Shown here: in pieces, positions 57,309 through 64,000 of the stretch
Layout: every line of letters begins with the position of its first letter
Position numbering within the stretch: the stretch's first letter is position 1
From: a virus
IMG/VR virus record: IMGVR_UViG_3300030430_004105
Location: 19,219 to 83,218 of that record
Reading direction: 5' to 3' (one strand)
Length of the DNA: 64,000 bases
Notes under the pieces: model-generated
The model's database searches: none
The model's input: the letters and a program-made list of their open reading frames with translations, nothing else
What the model was told of the DNA's origin: nothing
Made by a program: the position numbers and the translations under genes

Positions 57309-58975
57309 TTGATTTCCTTGATCACAGAACGTACATATCGATTAATTTTTTCTTCCAAATATTTGACATCTCCTTCTACATTTTTATCAATGATTTTTTT
57401 AATCTTCTTCATGAGAATTGGTGTAATCTTTTTGGCAACATCTTTACCAAGCCCACCTTTTTGAATTGCTCTGCCAACTGTTTGGCTAATATTGATTTTT
57501 CCTGCCTCTGGTTTTGCCATTGACATATCTTTAACATCAACTCCATCTTCTTTTCTGGCTTTTTCACCTGCAATTCTATCTTTATCGCCTGATATTTTCA
57601 TCTTCTTTTTCGCTTGCACATATCTTTTTTTGTACTTTCTACCTTCTTCAGGCTCAGAGAATTCACTATAAATTTGCATTTGAGTTATTCTAGTGTTAAT
57701 TGATTTACGAAGTTCTTTGAACTCTTCTTTTGATTCTTCATCTGCTGCTTTTAAAGCCTTTCCACCAGCAGTTCTAATTTTTCTCAAATCTAGGTACAAG
57801 TCATACATATCTACAAAGTTGTCATCATTATCCGTGTCTTTCATTTGTCTAATCACTTTTTTGTTCGTGAAGCCTAAATCTTGGAATTTTTTAATTGCTG
57901 CTTTTGCCAACGTCATCCATTTTTCAGGATCCATTAAAGAGGCAGTTTGTTTAACCAGTTTTGCCTCCAATAATTCAAGTTCGATCTCTCCAATAACTGA
58001 TTCTTTTAAATCTTTAGAGACACCTTTAAACTCAACACCATTTGCCCTCATTTGGTTAACGAGGTTCTTTGTGATTGTGATAGCGATTTCTTGTGCTTGC
58101 TTCACAGTCACGTCAACACCTTGAGCAGCAGCAGTCCTTTGTACCAAATTAATAATTGGACGTTGAACACTGCGCACAGTGATTGGCTTTTTAGATTCAG
58201 GAGATTTTTCTTCTGGCTTTTCTTCAGGGGACTTTTCTTCAGGTTTGTCATCTGGCTTATCGCCACCGCCATCACCGTCACCTCCGGTTCTACCACCTCC
58301 GCCTGTTCCGGGCTTTCTAAAGTCAACATACGCCTGATCTTCTGGTGGGAGTTTTGATTTTTTGCTTGTTGAACTTCCACTAATCACTTTATATCCAGCC
58401 AAAAGATCTTTTGGATCCATTCCCAGTGTTTCGGCAACTTTTACCAAAGTCTCGGCATTGTTAATTGCTTTGGTTCCGGGTTCCAGACTTGCCAATTGAT
58501 TATAAAGCATATTAGTTCTTAACACAAAAGCATCAACATTTCTCTTCATACCTTGGTAATTTGGATCGTTTGCCAACTCATCTGCTGTTTTTTCTTTATA
58601 ACCTTCCAAGGTAGAGAACAATTTCTTTGTTGCTTCATCTTCTAGAATTCTTCTAAGTTCGGCTCTAATTTGCTCTGCAGACATATTCCTGTCTCTAAAA
58701 TTCTGAGCCTTACCTCGTAAACCTTGTAGTATAGAGCCAAAAATTCCTTGCTTAGCAGGATCTTTAGCCTTTTCAGCCTCTTCATATATTAGTTCGTACA
58801 AATCGATTCTTGAAACTTTAGACAGTTCTGCTCTAGATTCATATTCGGGCAACAATGCTACCAGCCCTTGATATTCTGCCTCATTAAGAGATTCTTTTGC
58901 TTTTTTGAGCATGATTGCTCTTGCTGATTCTTCTTCAAAGATGATCATTTGTGCTTCGTTTAGTTTTTTCATCAA
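57305..58975 (-). CDS. Modular charged hypothetical protein, candidate internal head protein
   Basis: 556 aa; Gly-rich and EEKSP linker; C-term LEEKINRYVRSVIKEIK. Confidence 0.75.
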   Translation of the reverse strand: MMKKLNEAQMIIFEEESARAIMLKKAKESLNEAEYQGLVALLPEYESRAELSKVSRIDLYELIYEEAEKAKDPAKQGIFGSILQGLRGKAQNFRDRNMSAEQIRAELRRILEDEATKKLFSTLEGYKEKTADELANDPNYQGMKRNVDAFVLRTNMLYNQLASLEPGTKAINNAETLVKVAETLGMDPKDLLAGYKVISGSSTSKKSKLPPEDQAYVDFRKPGTGGGGRTGGDGDGGGDKPDDKPEEKSPEEKPEEKSPESKKPITVRSVQRPIINLVQRTAAAQGVDVTVKQAQEIAITITKNLVNQMRANGVEFKGVSKDLKESVIGEIELELLEAKLVKQTASLMDPEKWMTLAKAAIKKFQDLGFTNKKVIRQMKDTDNDDNFVDMYDLYLDLRKIRTAGGKALKAADEESKEEFKELRKSINTRITQMQIYSEFSEPEEGRKYKKRYVQAKKKMKISGDKDRIAGEKARKEDGVDVKDMSMAKPEAGKINISQTVGRAIQKGGLGKDVAKKITPILMKKIKKIIDKNVEGDVKYLEEKINRYVRSVIKEIK

Positions 58976-58982
58976 TATACCC

Positions 58983-59318
58983 TCATTTTATAAACTTTTG
59001 ACATTTTTCGCCATAATGTATGAATTCTATCACATTTCCATCCGGATCTTTAAGATAAACACCAGTTGTTCCGTCTCTGTGGCTGATTCTGGTTCCACAT
59101 TCAGGCAAATGCTCAATATTGTTGCACAATATGCCAATATGGGGCTTTGAAGTGTCGAATTTCTTATCTAAAAGCGCAATATTAGTATTACCAACCTTTA
59201 GGCGAACATAATTTTCTTGACGGTGAGTAATTTCACCACTCAGAGCATCAAGATACCATTTTTCTGAAACCTCTAAATCATTAACCAGTAAAGCAACATG
59301 ATCCACAACAGAATCCAT
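58983..59318 (-). CDS. VOC/glyoxalase-family protein
   Basis: DHVALLVNDLE.S..WY, PHIG, YLKDPDGNVIE. Confidence 0.88.
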   Translation of the reverse strand: MDSVVDHVALLVNDLEVSEKWYLDALSGEITHRQENYVRLKVGNTNIALLDKKFDTSKPHIGILCNNIEHLPECGTRISHRDGTTGVYLKDPDGNVIEFIHYGEKCQKFIK

Positions 59319-59340
59319 AAATTATACTCCTTAACAGTAT

Positions 59341-59586
59341 CTAAGTAGTGCTTTTGCTTTCTATTTTGGCATTAATTGCCAAAATATTGACGATCTTGTT
59401 TTCAGATCCATCAACAACCTTAAGCATTGCCACTTTTCTTTCTTTGTGTAAGTCCAAATCAGTTACAACAAACTTTTTTAGAACAATTCCTTTCCTTTTT
59501 CTTCTCTCTTTGCTTATCTCTGTCCAAGAAATGAGATCACCAACACTTATTCTAGAAAAATTAGCCTCTCCAAGCACTTTTTTCAC
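59341..59586 (-). CDS. Small SH3/KOW-like protein
   Basis: VGDLISW...GIVL pattern. Confidence 0.55.
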   Translation of the reverse strand: MKKVLGEANFSRISVGDLISWTEISKERRKRKGIVLKKFVVTDLDLHKERKVAMLKVVDGSENKIVNILAINAKIESKSTT

Positions 59587-60083
59587 CTAGATTGAGTTGG
59601 ATTTTGCTGATTTATGTTTCTTTGAAGGTTTTTAAGTTCTCTATCCTGTTCTTCTTCCTCATCTTCCTCTTCTTCACGTCTTTTTTCTTCTTCTTCGGCT
59701 TGTTTTCTCAACGCATCTTCTAGTTCACCTGCTGCATCAGCGACATCTGACTCTTTGAGATAAGGATTGCCATCTTTGAGTACGTCTTTTATCGCTTGAA
59801 GCGTTTCTATAGAAGGATTTTCGTCTCCAATACCCGGAATGTTAGCATCTTCAATATCTTTCATGACTTTTTTGAGATCTGAAAGCCTAGATCCATATTT
59901 TGTAACCGCTCCAGACACCGCTTTGCCACTTGGTTTATGAGTTATGATGTATCCTTTGCCAGATTTATACGCAAAGAAGTGTTTTGTGTCTCCTCTGGAA
60001 GGTTTTACTTCCTCAAAGCCATCTTTTGTAGCGATTCTCGCTTCATTTGTGAATTTTCTCCAATTTTCAAATAATTTTTTCAT
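59583..60083 (-). CDS. Hypothetical protein with N-terminal MKKLFENWRKF motif
   Basis: 166 aa, GAGG RBS, acidic C-terminal coil. Confidence 0.8.
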   Translation of the reverse strand: MKKLFENWRKFTNEARIATKDGFEEVKPSRGDTKHFFAYKSGKGYIITHKPSGKAVSGAVTKYGSRLSDLKKVMKDIEDANIPGIGDENPSIETLQAIKDVLKDGNPYLKESDVADAAGELEDALRKQAEEEEKRREEEEDEEEEQDRELKNLQRNINQQNPTQSR

Positions 60084-60086
60084 AGT

Positions 60087-60260
60087 TTATAGTCCTCTGT
60101 ATACCTTATAAACGGCTTTTTCAAATTCCATGCCGCTTTCATACAACTCAACAACCCGACGGGCTGCATTGTGCGCTCACAAGCCGTATACGCCTGCTTC
60201 GTTGAACTTCTTCTCAAGTTTTTTAGTCATTTGTTCTTTCAATAATTTGTAATCTTCCAT
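60087..60260 (-). other. 57-codon ORF with an in-frame TGA (recoded, read-through or pseudogene)
   Basis: MEDYKLLKEQMTKKLEKKFNEAGVYGL*AHNAARRVVELYESGMEFEKAVYKVYRGL; TGA at 60177-60179; AGGA RBS. Confidence 0.55.
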
Positions 60261-60324
60261 TTTGTTTTCCTATTATATGCTTTAAAATATATTTTCGGAC
60301 ATTTTTTGGCTCAACTTTTGTTAA

Positions 60325-60843
60325 TTAGTCCGCTTTGATCTTTACCTTAAAGGTATTGTTTCCAGTAGTGTCATCTAAAGTGACAGTTTCACCATCATGT
60401 AACTTTTTCATGTCTGATTTTGAGATTGACACGTCAATTTCTATGTCATGACTGGCTTTTTTAATCTCACCCTCAGCAGATTCTTGCATCATGTGCTCAT
60501 CGTTTCCTAAATAATCTTCCAAATAGTGATATACTTTTGAAATATAGTCAGAAGCCTTAGTAATTTTGGCTTGAACCCACGCTGGAAGGTTTGCTTCACC
60601 TGCCATATCCATTCTAGAAGACAAAGATTGGGCATATCTGGCAGTTTTGTCTAATTGTCTGCTAGCCATAGACACTTCGTGATCCATTTCTCCAGTAATT
60701 GTCATGTTGGTGGCGTTGTGGGGCATCTGAGGTGTTGCTGAACTGTACATATCACCGCATCCTCCCTCATCTAAGTTTGCTTCTTTAGCCAATTCTTCGA
60801 TTAGCCACTTCATTTCTTCTTTCGTAAGATCGTAATTGCTCAT
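60325..60843 (-). CDS. Modular protein with a DHEVSMA...LPAWVQAKITKASDY module
   Basis: Module recognised from T4-like marine phage proteins. Confidence 0.75.
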   Translation of the reverse strand: MSNYDLTKEEMKWLIEELAKEANLDEGGCGDMYSSATPQMPHNATNMTITGEMDHEVSMASRQLDKTARYAQSLSSRMDMAGEANLPAWVQAKITKASDYISKVYHYLEDYLGNDEHMMQESAEGEIKKASHDIEIDVSISKSDMKKLHDGETVTLDDTTGNNTFKVKIKAD

Positions 60844-61511
60844 TTTTTCTTCTCCTTGTTCATTCTTTTGGTTTTTCTCTTTGATGCTTCTTTACGTTTC
60901 TCTGCATATTTGTAGGCTTTCTTTAATCTAGCCTTAACTTTTGGATCTTTGGCGTTTCTATAAGCCGCTCTAGATCTTTGATGTATCAAATTGATAATTT
61001 GAGACTGTCTTTTATGAGATTTTGACTTAAAACTTGACTTGGAAAGAGTGTCTTTTATGTCTTGAACTGATGCAAACTTCACTGAGACTGTGTCTTTGGG
61101 GTTTTCATCTGTATAAAGTCGCCTACTAGAGCCCTTTGGCTTCTTTCCAGTGCCAACTTTTGGATCTTTACCTTCATTTTTCTTGCTTCCACGATAACAA
61201 TCTTTGATTCCCTGAGATTTGCAACTTGCTTTTTGGGTAAATCCCATTTCATCACAAGGAGTTGACTTGCAATACGATGGAGACGCTCCTCTTTCAGTAA
61301 GTTGCTCCTCTTTTATATCTTCTTTGGCGTCTAGATAGGCTGCGATAGCCATCTTTCTTCTTTCTTTTTTTGATTTTCCCTTAAATTGAGGAGCATCAGA
61401 CTTATAAAAGTCTTTTACATAAGCACCAGCACCCATGGAAGGGTTAAGTTTCTCTTCAATATTGATTTTCTTCTTTCTTATTCTCACTTTAATAGACATA
61501 TACGAAAACAC
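60840..61511 (-). CDS. Modular basic protein (three short modules separated by xxE sites)
   Basis: DFYKSDAPQFKGKSKKERRKMAIAAY; YCKSTPC...SC; GKDPKVGTGKKPKGSSRRLYTDENP. Confidence 0.75.
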   Translation of the reverse strand: MFSYMSIKVRIRKKKINIEEKLNPSMGAGAYVKDFYKSDAPQFKGKSKKERRKMAIAAYLDAKEDIKEEQLTERGASPSYCKSTPCDEMGFTQKASCKSQGIKDCYRGSKKNEGKDPKVGTGKKPKGSSRRLYTDENPKDTVSVKFASVQDIKDTLSKSSFKSKSHKRQSQIINLIHQRSRAAYRNAKDPKVKARLKKAYKYAEKRKEASKRKTKRMNKEKKK

Positions 61512-61518
61512 CTCTGCA

Positions 61519-61526
61519 TAAATAGT
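61519..61526 (-). promoter_or_regulatory. Putative late promoter (ACTATTTA)
   Basis: Intergenic, upstream of a GAGG RBS. Confidence 0.65.
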
Positions 61527-61532
61527 GATTTT

Positions 61533-61853
61533 TTACATTAGTTTGTCATAAAATAAGATCAATCCCATTAAAAATTGAATAACTGAGAATCCGGCGATCG
61601 CCTTGGTTTTAAAATCTTTTAATTCCTGAACCTCTTGCTTCAGTTGCTTGAGTTGTGTTGGGGAGGTAATCTCATCGATTCTCTCTTTCCAGTTCTTTAG
61701 TTCGGCTACACTTCCTTGTTGTACCTTTACTTCAGCAATCTGAGTCTTAACTTCTTGAATCTCATTACGCAACTCTGACATTCCGTTGTTTAAGTCTTGC
61801 AATTGTTGCAAAACCATCTTACTGTACACATCCCATCCTGCTCCTGATTCCAT
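61533..61853 (-). CDS. Coiled-coil protein with a C-terminal TM helix (holin/XhlA-like architecture)
   Basis: Heptads followed by AIAGFSVIQFLMGLILFY. Confidence 0.6.
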   Translation of the reverse strand: MESGAGWDVYSKMVLQQLQDLNNGMSELRNEIQEVKTQIAEVKVQQGSVAELKNWKERIDEITSPTQLKQLKQEVQELKDFKTKAIAGFSVIQFLMGLILFYDKLM

Positions 61854-61855
61854 TT

Positions 61856-62251
61856 TTACTTCCCTCCAAACTCTAATAGTAAGTAGTCTATAAATCCGTT
61901 ATGTGCAGTCTTTGTAAGGTAATAATCTAGCACCCTATCTAGTGGTACCCATCGATACTTTTCTATCTCTTCTTCCTGCAAAACAATATCCCCAGTCCAT
62001 TTTGTAACAAAGAAATAAATCTTATCTCTATCTGTGTCTTTTCCTAGGAATTTAGCCTTCTTTATCTTTAGTCCAATTTCTTCTAAGCACTCTCTGTATA
62101 CTCCTTGTTCAGGTGATTCACTAAATTTAATTTTACCACCGGGTATATCGTACCTATCTTCACTGCCTGTTGGCTTTACTAATAAAACTCTGCCTTCTTT
62201 ATAGAAGAAAGCCTTTGCGGACGTAGTTGTATCTCCTTCTTTTAATATCAT
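61856..62251 (-). CDS. NUDIX hydrolase
   Basis: PGGKIKFSESPEQGVYRECLEEIG (Nudix box). Confidence 0.92.
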   Translation of the reverse strand: MILKEGDTTTSAKAFFYKEGRVLLVKPTGSEDRYDIPGGKIKFSESPEQGVYRECLEEIGLKIKKAKFLGKDTDRDKIYFFVTKWTGDIVLQEEEIEKYRWVPLDRVLDYYLTKTAHNGFIDYLLLEFGGK

Positions 62252-62266
62252 GATATTTTCTCCTCT

Positions 62267-62614
62267 CTAACTAGATCTTTGTAAAACAATAAAACTATTA
62301 TTATGAAACCATTCTTCGTTTATAAACCTGAAATTATTTTCAGCGGCTGTAGTTTCACCAGTCCATCGTATCAAATATACTTTAAAATTTTTTTCAATAT
62401 CAAACACTTCTTCGCCACTCCATGTCATAGGAAATGCTAGCGTACCTATTAAACTTGCTTTGCCTTCAGTGACAACAAGACTATCATATTCAAATATATC
62501 GGTAACTATGCCATACGGATATTTTCCATTCTTAGGAAATATTTCATTCCAACTCTCAGTGAAAGTCACTAGATCTCCGATTTCTGGTAATTGCGTTAAA
62601 TTGCTTAGCCCCAT
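62267..62614 (-). CDS. SH3-like hypothetical protein
   Basis: IGDLVTF...YGIVTDI...YLIRW. Confidence 0.6.
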   Translation of the reverse strand: MGLSNLTQLPEIGDLVTFTESWNEIFPKNGKYPYGIVTDIFEYDSLVVTEGKASLIGTLAFPMTWSGEEVFDIEKNFKVYLIRWTGETTAAENNFRFINEEWFHNNSFIVLQRSS

Positions 62615-62625
62615 ATTATAACTAG

Positions 62626-63288
62626 TTACATTGAGTCTATAACATACTTTAAATCAATTGGAATTACCTTAACAATGCCTTCCACCAACTGAGCGTTGGG
62701 TGGCTCTCCAAATCCAGCAACTGACACAATGACGCCTACCACTTTTCCATATTTGTCAAAAACAACAGATCCTGAAGTTCCCGGTAGAGAAAGAGAGTCA
62801 ATGATATAGCCTGTTGGTTCGTATGTAGTGATCATCCCTTTGGATAAATTAAAACTAACTCCTAGTGGATGCCCACAGTGAAATACCTCTTTGCCTAGTT
62901 TGTTATCGTCTGCATACTCAAACTCTACTGCAGTTGTACCAGTCAACCTTGTAACTGGCTTTATTATTGCCAAGTCAAGATCTGGATTTGATAAAAATAC
63001 AATTCCGCTTGCTACGTTACCATCTTTTTCTAGAATATCTAGAAATAAAGTCTCAGAAACAACATGGTTTGCTGTAATAATATATTGCTCACCGTTGTAA
63101 GTAAATAAGTTACCTGAACCAAACGAAGCACCCTTCTCTGATATTGACACCAACTGCACAGAAGACTCAAATGCTAGTCTTAGTCCCTCTTCTGCGTCTT
63201 CATGAACTAAACTGCTGCTCAAGTTTTGTACTTCAGCATGTGAAGTGTCGCTAGCCAACAAGAGCAATGAAAATAAAATGTTTCTCAT
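62626..63288 (-). CDS. Secreted trypsin-like serine protease
   Basis: Signal peptide; TANHV, DLAII and PGTSGS catalytic triad motifs. Confidence 0.9.
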   Translation of the reverse strand: MRNILFSLLLLASDTSHAEVQNLSSSLVHEDAEEGLRLAFESSVQLVSISEKGASFGSGNLFTYNGEQYIITANHVVSETLFLDILEKDGNVASGIVFLSNPDLDLAIIKPVTRLTGTTAVEFEYADDNKLGKEVFHCGHPLGVSFNLSKGMITTYEPTGYIIDSLSLPGTSGSVVFDKYGKVVGVIVSVAGFGEPPNAQLVEGIVKVIPIDLKYVIDSM

Positions 63289-63318
63289 AATCTATACCCC
63301 CCTATAAGTATATAGGGT

Positions 63319-64000
63319 TTATCGGGCTTGAAGAAGATTTAAAATTTCTTTTCTTATGATTTCTTGCATGTCTTGAGGCTCTGACGGAGGTGTAACCTGC
63401 ACATTAGATCTAACCAAAGCAACCATATTTTGTTCAGCATCAATATGCCATCCATTGTTGTCTTTAAATTTTCCAAGCATCATGTTGCCTATAGTCTCTA
63501 TATCAATAGCGCTCCAATCTTCACAAGTAATTTTAATACTTAACTCTAAATCATGATTATTTGCAATACCTTGTAGAATCCCTTCAGGGCTGATATCGTT
63601 ACTACTGTTTCCAAGTGTTCCAAGACTTGCTTCAACTTTCATGTCTAGTTCGTTTAATTTTGTTGCCTGAGAGAGCCCTGAGTATAGGCTCTGGTTGTTG
63701 TAGAACTGTTCGTCTAGTAAACCAGCCTTAAGAATATTCATGTCCTCAGAAGCCAATATAGAGACTAATGTGGCTATGTATGATGATAACTTTCTAGCCT
63801 GCTCAACTGATTCAGGATTATCCGGATCAAACTCTTCATTGACTTCTTCAAATAAGTCAGTGAGATCAATACTGTCAGAAAACTCTGCAGTAAATGAAGT
63901 GATCACTTCAAATCCCAATGGGTTGTCGTCATCCACCTCTTCCTCGTCAATATCCCAGTTGTTATCTTCTTCCATGGCTTCTAGGAACCTATTCAGATAA
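63319..64000 (-). CDS. 5'-partial acidic protein with C-terminal EIIRKEI motif
   Basis: The frame of 63319..63975 stays open to the window edge (YLNRFLEA-MEED). Confidence 0.7.
   Translation of the reverse strand, partial: YLNRFLEAMEEDNNWDIDEEEVDDDNPLGFEVITSFTAEFSDSIDLTDLFEEVNEEFDPDNPESVEQARKLSSYIATLVSILASEDMNILKAGLLDEQFYNNQSLYSGLSQATKLNELDMKVEASLGTLGNSSNDISPEGILQGIANNHDLELSIKITCEDWSAIDIETIGNMMLGKFKDNNGWHIDAEQNMVALVRSNVQVTPPSEPQDMQEIIRKEILNLLQAR

Noticed and set aside
60177-60179. Genome-wide TGA or TAG reassignment
   Set aside because: TGA and TAG terminate many well-defined genes (ATGA overlaps at 15011, 31856, 38777) and Trp is encoded by TGG.
796-64000. All plus-strand ORFs in the track
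   Set aside because: They are antisense shadows of long minus-strand genes, with S/L/F-biased composition and no recognisable motifs.

Overview
This is a low-GC window of a large myovirus (T4-like or jumbo tailed phage, probably uncultured and aquatic). Essentially all real genes lie on the minus strand. In transcription order (right to left) it has four blocks. (i) ~64-44.9 kb: mostly late, modular, highly charged proteins sharing capsid-targeting-like motifs, interrupted at 48-52 kb by accessory genes (uvsE, eukaryote-type phosphomannomutase, tRNA-Arg(UCU), two lipoproteins). (ii) 44.9-41.3 kb: PIN-PhoH and a PD-(D/E)XK nuclease. (iii) 41.3-30.2 kb: a glycan-biosynthesis island with two GT4s, Gmd, a Maf-type transferase, NeuA-like, RraA-like aldolase, NeuB-like, His-phosphatase, 2OG dioxygenase, NTP-transferase, a RuBisCO-like protein and a GDPD-like protein. 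(iv) 30-0 kb: a gp55-like sigma factor and a baseplate module. The baseplate module ends in a >5,000-codon ORF that the ORF track missed because it runs off the left edge. That protein contains an apparent eight-fold nested 'Russian-doll' stalk carrying two LamG domains. Two promoter classes are readable directly from the DNA, including one antisense copy overlapping a late promoter. There is also a small ORF with an in-frame UGA followed by a SECIS-like hairpin. All family assignments are motif recognition by eye; no database search was run.
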